Shown: positions 1-13,700 of the stretch, piece by piece
Position numbering within the stretch: the stretch's first letter is position 1
Layout: each line of letters starts with the position of its first letter
NCBI RefSeq assembly: GCF_048593235.1
Contig: NC_133620.1
Location: 296,561,765-296,625,764, forward strand
Reading direction: 5' to 3'
DNA from: Sminthopsis crassicaudata
Lineage: Eukaryota
DNA: 64,000 nt
Program-made: the position numbers and the translations under genes
Notes under the pieces: model-generated
What the model saw: the letters and a program-made list of their open reading frames with translations, nothing else
The model's database searches: none
Told to the model about the DNA's origin: nothing

Positions 1-1549
1 AAACCATGAAGTGCTACAGAAATGAGTTGTTATCCCACTTATTTAACATTTATTTATTGATCAGTACTATGTAATATCAAGTAAATACTATGCTTGATAT
101 TGAGGAAAATATTAAACATGGGCCCTGAACTTGAAGTAGTTACTATTTTGAGGAAACAAAACATATACATAATATATAATTTTCTTTTCAACTGAAAAAA
201 AAGATAATATGTAGTATCACAGATTTGCAGAACTAGAAAGTCCCTCAGAAATCACCTAGTCCAATTTGTACCTTCACAGATTAGAGGACATTGACATTGT
301 TCTCAGTTCCCCAACTGCCTCACTGGGATGATTTCCTTCCAACTTCCTTGCCTTACCTACGTTCTAACCCTAGCCTGGCTTCTTCCCCACTATCTCCAAT
401 AAATAGTCCTGTAGTTTCCTCTTGAAAACCATCATCAGGAACCATAATAAATTTCATTCTTGACATATCTCAATGCAATTTAATACTCTTGGTATTTTAG
501 TACTTTTGTTTATAAAAACAGCTTTATGCACCTCTCAAAGAAGGCATGACTTTTTAACTTGTGTGTAAACTTGGAATAACTGTCAAGTAAGTTACAAAAA
601 CAGTAAAATGTGTTCTAAGAGTTCAGAAGAAGGAAAGATCACTGTGGATTGGAGTGGTATGTGGATGTAGGTTTCTTAGAGAAGGTGGGTAGGGTTCATA
701 AGACTTGGAAAATAGAAGAAGAGAGAAAGAAGGATATTATGGGCAAGAACTATAGAGTGAACAAAGGGACAGTTAATTAGCCAGGGTAAAGCAGAGGCTT
801 CTTGGTATGATCTGTAATCACTTTACTCTGGACTATAGTTTCTTCATCTGTGAAGTGAAGTTGGGGTCCCTCTATCTGTAATACTCCATGATTCTGCTAG
901 GGAGCAGTAGAAGATAAAATTGGAGAGGAAGTTCAATTTCCAAATGTGTAGGGCCTTGGAATACTATGCTAAGCATTTAAGGCTATAATTAATAGATTTT
1001 TTTTTGAGCAAAGACTATATGGGACAAAAAATAGTATGCTAAGAAAATTAATCCAGGATACCTTGAAAAGTATAGATTGGAATTACATCATAATGTGATA
1101 ATCCAATGAGTCTGAATTAATGAGATGGCAATAGGAATGGAAAGAAAGTTAAAAATTCAAGCAACATCCTCAACAAAGAATTGGTGGGACTTAATGGCTG
1201 ATAGGCTGTAAAAAGAGATGGAAGAGTCAAGACAGGAAGATTTTGAGACTGAATGATGGATGCTATCAAAGGAAATAGATCCATATACTTCATGGTATCC
1301 TCATGTCTTTTTCTGCCATGTTTAACACTAGGTTTACTTCTCTCCCACATAAGGAGATCTTTAGTTTATCCCAGAGTAATTTGATGGGCTGCTGGGGAAA
1401 TAATGCTTTGAATCCAATCATTTCTCTGAAATTCAGATTGATTGAAACCAAGGAATTCCTGGTTCCTTTTTTCTCTGGGATCTCCATCTCAGCCTGTCAC
1501 CAGAGGATCAAGCTCTCTCTTATGATGATATCCCTACTCTGCTCCTTAG

Positions 1550-1760
1550 ATTGCTGGCAGAGAAGAAGCAGGAACTATTAGACCAAACTAATAAGCTTCG
1601 GACTGGGCTATTTAAGATTGATGAAACTCGGGAGAAGGTGCAAGTGATGTCATTGGAACTTGAGGAGGCCAAACAAAAGGTGGCAGAGTTCCAGAAACAA
1701 TGCGAAGAATACCTGGTTATCATTGTACAACAGAAGCGAGAAGCTGATGAACAGCAAAAG
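1550..1760 (+). CDS. DNAH2: DNAH2 exon
   Basis: [10 protein letters not shown]...EQQK; ag/gt. Confidence 0.95.
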
Positions 1761-4700
1761 GTTTGGAAGAAGCAGTTGCCCCTGCCCCTGCCCCTCCAGT
1801 TCAGCTCAGGGCAATAGGTATGCATATTTGGAGCCATCTATTTACCTGAGTGCAAAGATAAATAAGATATATGATCTCAGTTCTTTTAAGGTAGGAAAAG
1901 TAGGATCATTCTATAATTAGTTGTATTCTGATATTATTAATGCATAAGAGAGGTACAGACTATAATAAAAGTCCAGTGAAGGGAAGCATTGCTTTTGATT
2001 GGAGAAGTCTTACTCCCAGGGAATTGTGATGAAAAGAAAAACTATTTCTTGGATTTGCATAGGCTTCACATTTTATGGTTCCTCTTCAAGAATTTGTAAC
2101 ATGGATAACTTGGCCTATAATAGGACCCATTTCTTGAAGCATGGGCTTAGTTTCAATGGTCCTTATAGAAGTTTGGTGGGATGAAGGTGGGAGAACTCAT
2201 AATTTAAGGGTTTCCCCTATGTGATGGAGAATTCCCTTACTGTCTGCCTCAGAATTCTCCCAGAACCTCTATACTTTTTGAAACTCACAAACACTTTTAT
2301 CTTGGGATGGAATCCCAATCCAGTCCCATCTTAGGTACCCCTGGAAAGAACAGACACAAAGAAGAAACCAAGCTATGTCCTTGTGTCCATGAAAGAGGCC
2401 AGGTGGGGACAGGGCAATTCTTCCTTAGTTACACATTCTCTCAAATTCTTTGCCCATTTTTCTATCTTAACAACTTGGAGAGGAGGGCAGAGCTGAGAGC
2501 CTTGTTTTTTCTCCACCCGTAGGCTGTTACAGCTCATAGTGAGAAGATTGCAGTGGAAGAAGTCAAGTGCAAAGCACTGGCAGAAAATGCCCAGAAGGAC
2601 CTGGAGGAGGCATTGCCTGCACTGGAGGAGGCCATGAGGGTACCCAGGAGTGCTTTTGGGAGGAGAAAAAAAACTTGGGTTGGAGATGAGACAAAGGGTG
2701 GCTGTTGCTAATAATCTCTGTTAAAGAGCTCAGTAATGCTGCCCTAAATCTAATCCTTACTCAAGGATTGAGTAAGAGTAATGGAACCTTCAGCTAGGTC
2801 TTTCTTAATAAATTTACCTTCTTGCCTGCTGAGCTGATCTTTATCTCTTAGGCTCTAGAATCTCTGAATAAGAAGGATATTGGAGAGATCAAATCATATG
2901 GACGGCCACCCACCCAAGTGGAAACGGTGATGCAAGCTGTTATGATCCTTCGCGGAAATGAGCCCACCTGGGTAGAGGCCAAAAGGCAGCTAGGTAAAGG
3001 GGAAGGCCAAAAGTTGCTGAATGCCTAGTTTGGAATGTGAATTGCTTGAATAAGACCCCCATGATAATAGTCAATCAACTAGCATTTATTTATCGTCTAC
3101 TATGTGCCAGGCATGGGAGACACATTAACAACTCTGTTCAACTGAGATATGTATAGGATAAATTGGAGATAATCAACAGAGGGAAGGCCCTAGAACTAAG
3201 GGGGATCAGGAAAGGCTTCTTAGAGAAGGTAGAACTTTAACCAAGACTTGAAAGAGCCAGCGAAGCTAGGAAGCAGAGATAATGAAGATGAGAGTACCAG
3301 GAATAGAGTACAGCCAGTGAAAATGGAGTGTTTTGTGCCAGGAGAAGCAAAGAGGCCACTGCCACTAGGTTGCAGAACATGTGTAGGGAATGAGGTGTAA
3401 AAAATTGGAAAGTAGGATGAAGCCAGATTATGGAGGGCTTTAATTTTATATTTGATTAATGGGAACAATAGAGAGCCACTGGACATGATCATTGTGCTTT
3501 AGGAAGATCAATTTAAAATCTGAATAGAACTTGAACAATAGTGGGGAGAGGTTTGTGGCAGAGAGGCAAAATTATTAGAGTAGTTCAGGTGTGAGGTGAT
3601 AAAAGACCTGTACCATGATGGTGGCAGTGACAGAAGAGAAAAAGGAGCCCATAAGAGAGATGTGTGAGAGAAGGTAGAAACCATGAGACTTAGAACTAAT
3701 TAGATATGGAGTGGGGGAAGAGGAAGAAGGGTCCCAAGAGTGACAGATACTGATCTCAGGGCAAAGGTCAGGGCAGATATCCAAGTTTTGGGTGTGGGGG
3801 GAGGAGAAAACACTAGACCAGATCCACTGGCCAAGATTCCTCCATCTCAAAGGGGATCCGAACTTCATCAAGTCACTGATCAACTTTGACAAAGACAACA
3901 TCTCAGATAAAGTGCTGAAGAAGATTGGAGCTTTTTGCGCCCAGCCTGACTTTCAGCCTGACATCATTGGCCGAGTTGCTCTTGCTGCCAAATCTCTCTG
4001 TATGTGGGTCCGGGCCATGGAGGTAAAGTCAAGGCTGGGGAAAAGGAGAGGAAAAGAGGGAGACTTGGGAAAAGAAAGTAATGGAAAGGATTGAGGGAAG
4101 GGAAAAGTGGAAGAAAAGTCAGGGGAAGAAGATGAATAATCAAGGGGTGTGTAAGCAAAGATGTTTCTCAATTTCATTGCTTCCCTCAGCTATATGGGCG
4201 TCTCTACCGAGTGGTGGAGCCTAAGAGGGCCCGGATGAATGCTGCCCTGGCCCAACTGCAGGAGAAGCAAGCAGCATTAGCTGAAGCCCAGGAGAAGCTT
4301 CGGGAGGTCTGTCAGGCTTTCACTACAACTCTACTCAGCTTACCCCACAAAAATCTGTTTGTCCCCACCTAATTCCCCTTTGCTTCACAGCCTCTTCTTC
4401 CACACCCCTAGTTCAGATCCATTCCTAATTTAGGTTGTCCCAAGAAATAGCATTGGGATACTAAAAAGAGTCAAGAAGGAATCTCCTTTGATGGGGTTTC
4501 TGGAGATTAATTCAGGAGTTACCTGTGGGTAATCCAATAGATAATTATAATATCAAAATGTGAACATAAGAGCTGTGAATCCCCTTAGGAGTTATTTATT
4601 CTAAAGTAGGAGACTCTTAAGCAATCCTGGCAGTCAGATGCTTTGGCTTCCCCTCTTCCTAACAAATGTAGATCATGGAATGACTGGCGCTGGCAAAGAC

Positions 4701-7700
4701 CTTATGTAGTACAACTCATTTTATGGATGACCAAATTGAAGCCCAGAGGTGAAGTGATTGCCAGAGGCCACAGGGTTATTTGTGTGCTTTATACTTCTGC
4801 CTTCAAAGCCAATGTTATTTTGATGATAACACAATAGTAGCTCAAAGGTTTCTTCCTATCCTTTACTATTCTGGATGCCTGGACTACTGGAAGAATGATG
4901 ATCTTCACTCACATTCTGATCATGTGTTTGCTAATGGCCTCATTTAGGTCATTTGGGTAGAAATGAAAAGGATGAAAAAAATTGAGGTCATTCATCACCC
5001 TTCTTCACCCTTTTTATTGATCTCTAAATCCCTTGACATCATTTCCCTTTTTTCTTATCCTTTTCCCAATCTCTTATGACCAGTTTATCAACACGTACCT
5101 TTGACTCTATCCTTTGCTGTCTTAGCTAGCAAATTTCTTCTTCCATCACATATCTTCTCTCTCCTCTAATCTTACAAGTCCTTTGATCTACCAATTTCTT
5201 ATCTGTTGCATTTAAATATGGCCAGTTTTTTCCATCCTTGAAAAATCTTCACTAGACTCCATCACACTTACCCATTGTCTAATATCTCTTCCCTTGACCA
5301 AATTCATAAAGATTGCCTTCACTTCTTCTCTTGTCACTCCCAACCTTATGCAAATTCACACAATTTTACCACTCTGTGCTAATGCTGCTTTTTCCAGTTA
5401 CAATCTCTCTTTCTCCTTCCTTCCCTCTCTCCCTCCCTCCCTTCTTCTCTCCCTCCTTCTCTCTTCTTCCTTTCCTCCCCACCACACATTTAAAATATTG
5501 TATTTTCTCCAATTAATGTTAAAACAATTTTTAACATTAAAAAAGTTTAAATTCTATCCTTCCCTCCCTTCAGCCCCTTTCTGAAAAAGCAAGCAATCTG
5601 CCAACAATCTCTTAGTGGACAAAACTGTTGGCCTTTTCTCAGTCTTTATCCTTCTTGACACCTCTAGTGTATTTGTCCTCTTGTTTCCTGTTTCTCTTCG
5701 TACTCAGCTCAACACTCCTCGCTCTCCTTTGCTGGCTTGTCATTCATATTATGTTTTTTAAATGTGTATGTCCACTAAGGCCACATTTCCAGGGTCCTCT
5801 TTACTTCTCCATAGATTCTTGCTAACTTCTTCAGCTCCCATGAGTTGAATTATCATCTCTAAGAAAGTGAATTACAGATCTATGTATCTAATCTCACTCT
5901 GTACCTTGAGCCTTAGGTGTACATCACTAATTGTCTATTGGACATTTCAAACTGGATGTCCTGAAGATACCCCAAACTCAAAATGTCTAAAACAGAACTC
6001 ACTTGCTTCCCCCCCTCCCAAAAAAATTACTCCTTTCCTAAATTTTCCTGTTACTGTTGAACTATTCTTCCAGTCTCTCAGTTTTGTGACTTCAACTCCT
6101 AATTCCCCCTTACCCCAGGGCTAAGTGGTATAATGGATAGAGCACTGGACCCAGAGTGAGGAAGATCTCAGTACCAATCCAGTCTCAGAATGTGACCCTG
6201 GTCAAATCACTTGATCTCTTTTGGCTTCAGTTTCCTTGTGCATAAAATGGGTATAGTAAAAGCATCTACCTCATAGGTTGGGAGGATCAAATGAGATATT
6301 TGTCAAGGGCTTAGCCAAGTATCTGGCACATAGAGGGACTACTTAAATACTTATTCCCTTTCTTTCCCCTTCTGCTTAACTACTTTGTATTTATTCTCTT
6401 TATATTCAGTATTTAATGAAATATTCAGAATGTGATATAAATAGAATATAAGAGCTAGATATGTTTGTATATTAACTTGTAGCTCCACTGCCTAGTATAA
6501 TGCCTGAAACCTTGTAGGTACATATGTTTCTTGACCTGTGTGTCCTCAAGGTTACAAATCACAATACAATTTCCCATAGAATTTCTTTTTTTTTTTTTTT
6601 CCCCCCTGAGGTTGGGGTTAAGTGACTTGGCCAGGGTCACACAGCTAGGAGGTATTAAGTGTCTAAGACTAGATTTGAACTCCGGTTTTCCTGAATTCAG
6701 GGCTGGTGCTCTATCCACTGCACCACCTACCTGCCCCTTCCCATAGAATTTCAAAAGACTGTTGACTATATTGACTATGATCACTAGAGGCTTTTCTCTG
6801 TCAGGTTAATTTCCACCTTCTAACTCCTCCCCTCTCCCCAAATACACACAAAACTAAGGGAGGGAAGCCAAGGAGGGAAAGGAGGAGGGAGAAAAAAGAA
6901 TCTTAAAGGATCTTGCTTGGATCTTCATATCATTATGGCTCATGTTTATACATCTGCTTATCCCTTTGTTCTGTGCCTCCCCCAGGTGGCTGAAAAGCTG
7001 GAAATGCTAAAGAAACAATACGATGAAAAACTGGCACAAAAGGAAGAGCTCCGGAAGAAGTCAGAGGAGATGGAGTTGAAACTGGAACGGGCTGGGATGC
7101 TGGTGTCTGGGCTGTCAGGCGAGAAAGCCCGATGGGAGGAAAATGTAAAGGTGAGGTTGTTGGGTTGATATGTTCCCTCCTATTTCTTCAGCAGTGACCA
7201 CAGGGATTTCCACTATGGCAGCCAGAGTTTTGAATTTAGAAAAATCCTTACATTAGGATGAGGATGGAGTAGGAAAAGTCTATCTCCTTTGGGTTAAGAG
7301 TTGGGGGAGATTTATGGATGAGAACACTTATGTTTAAAAAATTGCCTTAGGTTTGTGGAACGATGTACTAATCAAGGTGTACTAACATATGTTCCATGTA
7401 CAGAATATTCTAGACTGAATGCTGATATGAGTAGGAAAAAAGAGACATTCCATCCCAAACAATTCGTTAAACTCTTATTAGATATCTACTCTCTGCAAAG
7501 CACTTGATTGTAGAGATACAAAGTTTAAAAATTACATAATTCTTGATCTCAAGAAGCTTAAAACCTACTAGAGGGGATAAAGCACACTCAAAAAATGTAA
7601 GGTTTTTGCTTTTCATATTCATAAATGCTTATTGAAATATGCAGTATAAAATCCCATTTATTAAGCATCTTCTGGGTGCTGTTATAGAATACTAAAGCTT

Positions 7701-10700
7701 GGTGCTGAGGGAGATACAAAGTTCAGTTAAGACATATTGTATCTCCTCAAGTAGATTACAGTCTAATACAGGAGAATTATAATAATAACTATGATACTAT
7801 CATATGACAAGTGACCCAAACAAAGTACTTTAAGAAAATTGAAAAGGAAGGAGAAATCATTGTCTTTGCCTTCCATTAGCTTTTAGTTTAATAGGAGAGA
7901 CAAAACTTTCAGAATATAAACACAAAAATATGGAGGGGCATTTCTAAATTAGTGTTGGTAAGTATTGTATATTGTGATTGAATAGTTATAGAGTGATTGG
8001 ATAAAGGCTTTGAGAAGGCTTTGAGAAGATGGGGAAACATTAAATAATTTTAATTATTTAATATTTAATATTTAATATTTAAAATTTAATTAAATAAATA
8101 AAAACATTTTCTTTTTGTTCTTTTTGACAACTTGGAGTGGGAAAACAAGATGGTTCACAACATTTTCTATAAATAAACACATATTATATATTATTGTTAA
8201 CTAATATTAATATATATTAATGAGGTAGGCCTTTTAAGAAGACTCTTTCTGACCTAGACAGTTTGCAGAGAATTTTTTAATGCCTTTAATGCTTCTTCAT
8301 GTTTTCCAAAGGGTCTAGAGGAGGACCTGGGCTACCTTGTAGGAGATTGTCTCTTGGCAGCTGCTTTTCTGTCCTACATGGGTCCTTTCCTGACCAATTA
8401 TCGTGATGAGATTGTTTCCCAAATATGGGTCAAAAAGGTGAGCAGGGTGTTTTTAGAAATAAAGGTTCAAGAAATGATTAATTGAAATCTTTGAGCTCCA
8501 ACTGTGAGGATGGGTATATAAAAGGAGACAGAAAAGACTATGGGGGACTATGGATTTGAATCTGGTGATTGAGATATCAGGGTATCCCTTGAACAGATCC
8601 GGGAGCTGCAAGTCCCCTGTTCACCTGGATTTACCTTCGACAGCTTCCTTTCCAACCCCACCAAGGTCCGAGACTGGAACATCCAAGGGTTGCCCTCTGA
8701 TAATTTTTCCACTGAGAATGGCATTATTGTCACTCGTGGTAACAGGTAAGGGGAATTGGTGAGGTAAGGAGAAGGTACAGAAACTCTTTCAGGGCTTGCT
8801 TCAACTCAGCTAAATTGAGTGTATCTTCCTTCTCCAGGTGGGCATTGATGATTGATCCCCAAGGTCAGGCCCTGAAGTGGATCAAGAATATGGAAGGCAG
8901 CCAGGTAGATACTGCCCACATCTTTTCAGTTCTGGTTGACCTCAATTACTTAAGTCCTTTAAATCAATAGTGTCAAACTCAAATGTAAAAGAAAAAAAAA
9001 ACCACCAAAAATTAGCATTATCTATATTTTATTGTATTTTTAGTGATTTTGTTAAACATTTCCCAATTATATTTTAATTAGTTCAAGAACTTGACACCTC
9101 AGCTCTAAATGAAAATTTCCTTTTTCGACAAGCTCTATTCCCTTTCCTGAAGCCTTATCCTAATTTAGTCTACTGTCTGCCTTTTGTGATGCAGCACTGT
9201 TCCCTCTTATATCTACCTTATTTTCAGGGCTTGAAGGTCATTGATCTACAAATGACTGATTATCTTCGTATCCTAGAAGGGTCCATCCAGCATGGGAATC
9301 CAGTACTATTGCAGAATGTTCAGGAATACTTGGATCCCACACTGTCTCCTGTTCTCAACAAGTCTGTCACCCGAATTGGTTAGGCCCAGGATAAGGAGTA
9401 GAGTGGTAGGGTTGGAATCAAGAGGGAGAAGAAGCTGATTTCCTTACTTTCTTCTTTTATCTCTTCAGTTAGTCGTGGTTGGGATTGACTATGAAGTCTC
9501 ACAGGTTTCCTATGCTTTTCTTTTTGTTGGTGGGCCATCAGGGAGTGGGTCTGTCACTTCCAGGGGAAGCTGGAGCTCAGGGTTAATCTTCCTGTGGGTT
9601 CAGGGGGCAGGCTGCTGATGCGTCTGGGAGAAAAAGAGGTGGACTACAACCCTGATTTTCGCTTCTATATCACCACTAAACTGTCCAACCCCCACTACAG
9701 TCCAGAGACCTCAGCCAAAACTACCATTGTCAATTTTGCTGTCAAGGAACAGGTAAGGCTTGGGTCTAGAAGAAGACAATTCCTTGACTGAGGGGAAGAG
9801 AAGGAGACTGGGAGGTGTACCCTTAGAGATTGAGGAAAGATGAAAAGTGAAATGGAGAGAATCTGTGAAGGAATGTTCAAGTGGTATACCTGTCTTAAAT
9901 CTATGTGCTCCCAGGGCCTTGAAGCTCAGCTACTGGGCATTGTGGTGAGGAAGGAACGACCTGAGCTTGAGGAACAGAAAGATTCATTGGTTATCAATAT
10001 TGCTGCTGGCAAGAGGAAAATCAAAGAACTAGAGGATGAGATTCTCAGGTGAGACTTCTAAAACCATCCTGATACAAGAGACACTCATATCTATCCATCT
10101 TGTGTTCAACCTTCTGGGGATAGATAAACCAGCTACCTCAAAAAATGGCTGAACATTTCAGTCTCCTTTCCCATTCTTCCACTTATCTTCCTCTCCTCAG
10201 TCCTTGATTGGAGATTCCTACAAAGGTAGCTCTCATCAGCTTCAGGGTTTGGAGCTATTTGTTTGCTGCCAGGAAAGCTGATCCTTCTGGAAGCTGCTGG
10301 AAGTTTGTGGCAGAGGGAAATGAATGGGGCTCAAAGGCCCTCACTGTCCAGCTATTGTCATCAGACCCCTTCTTCCCCTTCTCCCATGTATACTTTGGTC
10401 TCCTCTGCAGGCTGCTGAATGAAGCCACAGGATCTCTGTTAGATGATGTACAGCTGGTCAACACCCTACAGACTTCCAAGGTGACAGCCATTGAAGTGAC
10501 CGAGCAGCTGGAGACCAGTGAGACTACAGAGATCAATATTGACTTAGCCCGTGAGGTGTGCAAAATGCCCCAAAAGGCAGGAGGCCAGAACTCTCTAGTC
10601 CAGGCTTTGTAACTATTTGTCTGATCTTGAGCAACTCCCTTCTCTTCTCTGACTCATTTTCTCATCTACAAAATGTGAGGTTTCGAATGAACTGTTTTCT

Positions 10701-13700
10701 AGCTTTATACTCTATGATTCTTGAGCTCCCTAGCTCAACTGCTGACTATTAGGATGTTTGCCTTCAGCACTCCCCCTCCCTCATCTCCATCTCTTTGCTC
10801 CTTTCTTTCTATGTAACCCTGATGCTTTCCCTATAGGCATATCGTCCCTGTGCCCAGCGTGCTTCAGTACTATTCTTTGTGCTCAATGATATGGGTCGAA
10901 TTGACCCAATGTATCAGTTCTCTTTGGACGCCTACATCAGCCTCTTCATCCTCAGCATTGATAAGAGCCACCGAAGCAACAAACTTGAGGATCGCATTGA
11001 CTACCTTAATGAATACCACACCTATGCTGTCTACAGGTCTGCTAGATCTCTAGTTAGTCTCTCAGTTGGGAGTTAGGGGGCAGCTAGATGGTGTAATGCA
11101 TAGAGTACTGGCTCTGGATGCTTAACACTTATTAGCTGTGTGACCTTGGGCAAGTCACTTAACCTCAATTGCCTTGCAAAAGAACCCAAGCAATGAATTT
11201 TTGTTTTTTCTTCTCAGGTTATTTTTATGTTCTTTCTAAATCTGATCTTTCTTATGCAGCAAGACAACTGTATAAACATGTAAACATATATTGTATTTAA
11301 CATAACTTTAACATATTTAACATGTATGGGACTACCTGTCATCTAGGGGAGGGGGTAGAGGGAAGGGGGGAAAAAATCGAAACAGAAGTTTTTGCAAGGG
11401 TCAATGTTGAACCCATGCATATGTTTTGTATATAAAAAGCTATAATGAAACTGTATATATTTTTTTAAAAAGCAAACAAAAAACTCCAAATGGGAAGTTA
11501 GAAAAACTGGGTTCTAAGTCTCAATACTTTCATTAGCTGATGGAATGACCTTGGGCAAATGTTCTCTGTGAAAAGTTCATCTGTGAAATGAAGGGGCTCT
11601 ATTAAACGTTTTAAAGGTACTGTCCCATCTTGGGAATTTTGAGATTTTATTTGTTCAGGTATTGAACTTCCACTTAATCACCTATTCTGATTTTTAATCT
11701 TTTTCCTCCTTACAACTTCAGCCTCTCCTTCCTATTTCTTCACAGATACACCTCTAGAACACTCTTTGAGCGTCACAAGTTGCTCTTCAGCTTTCAAATG
11801 TGTGCCAAAATCCTAGAGACTTCTGGGAAACTCAACATGGATGAGTACAACTTTTTTCTACGAGGAGGTGTGGTGAGTGTGACAGATGTGTAGGCAGAGT
11901 GTAGGGTCAGTATAGGGTGTCTACACTAGGAGGTATAGTTAGAAAGATAGAGCCAGAGCTTTAGAGACTTGGCTAGGAGGGAAATGTTGGTGGGCCTGTG
12001 TTTTGATGAGCAAGAGTGGACACTTAACACAAGATTTATGAACCACTAAGTGCCGTACCCTCTTTTTGTCATTGGAAAATTGGCATACAGTTTTTTTCAC
12101 TTATGTCTTCGGCTTGCTTTCACCCACTTGTTTAACTATAACCCAACTGCTTGTTGGGGATTTTTTTGAAGGGGAAGGCCTGGGGTAGGGTCAGGATTTG
12201 GACTAGACTTGTGACCTTATTGGTATAGGCAACTGATGATAAACAGACTCTATCAAATCAGTGTTGTGTCTTACAATTCTGTAATCCTGGTTGAGCAATT
12301 TGCCCAGGATTATAAAGCCAGCACAAACACTTTTGTGAAGTATTGATTCATTTCATTTGATTAAGCAGGATACAAATATAAAACTAACAGTGTCTGCCCT
12401 ACTAAGGGACATACAGCCTTGACCAAGATGCTCAGGAGAAAGCAAGAACTGTCCTTGGGTGATCACCAGAGGGTGCTTGGCCTTCTGATGCTTAATTTAA
12501 ACTGTGCTGTCCCCATGTACCACTAGAGAATTCTAGAACCTTATATTCCTCAACTAAATTTATTGTTAACTCTTCCAGTGTTCTAGGGGAAGTTGTCTCA
12601 ACAGAATGCTGGGACCTTCATCTCAACCCTGAGAAATTAATTTTTTACTTACTGTTAACCATCCCTCCACAGTTGTTCTTTTCAATCTTCTTCTCAGGTC
12701 TTGGATAGGGAAGATCAGATGGACAATCCTTGTACCAGCTGGTTGGCTGATGCCAACTGGGACAACATTACTGAGTTGGACAAACTGGCTAACTTTCATG
12801 GGCTTATGAATTCCTTTGAGCAATATCCTCGTGACTGGAACCTATGGTATACCCACTCAGCACCCGAGAAGGCGATGCTTCCTGGTATAAGAACCATGGC
12901 CCTTTAGTCTCCTTGCTCACCTCCTTTTCTTTTCACATGACCCTTATTTTTGTATCTGGCCTTATATTACCTATATAAACATTTATGCTTCAGCTACATG
13001 TTCATCTTCTTAACCTCTGCACTGTTCTGCTCAAACTCCTAGGTGAGTGGGAAAATGCCTGCAATGAGATGCAGCGGATGCTAATTGTTCGATCCCTTCG
13101 CCAGGACCGAGTGGCTTTCTGTGTTACATCTTTCATTGTCTCCAATCTAGGTTCCCGATTCATTGAGCCTCCTGTGTTAAATATGAAATCGGTCAGTGGT
13201 TCCAATCTCTTTTCCCCCTTTCTGGACCAGATGATGCTCTGCACTCTCTCTTTAGCTTAACCATTACCTGAAGTTCTACTTTACATTCTGGGTAGGTAAT
13301 GGAAGATTCAACACCACGTACACCACTCATCTTTATCCTGTCCCCGGGAGTGGATCCTACTAGTGCTCTGCTACAACTGGCAGAACAGATAGGGATGGGC
13401 CAGCGTTTCCATGCCTTGTCTCTGGGTCAGGGCCAAGCTCCCATTGCTGCTCGACTCATCCGTGATGGTGTACAACAAGGTCAGTGATATTCCATTATCC
13501 TCCAGTTGCCAAGCAAAGCTCTCCTCTTCCCTTTTCCATCTCAGAATTTTTGAACCAGACCCAGTTCTTACCTTTGTCATATCCCATATCATTCATATTA
13601 TTAGCAACCTTAGACCCTTCCCTCCTAGACTGAATCTTGGCTGTGGCCCAGATATTTTAACTCTATTAAGTGTGAAGTATAAAAATAGTAAGATCCACCA

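Noticed and set aside
3758-3770. DR1 nuclear-receptor element AGGGCAAAGGTCA
   Set aside because: A single motif in or beside an L2 remnant with no supporting cluster; cannot be separated from chance.
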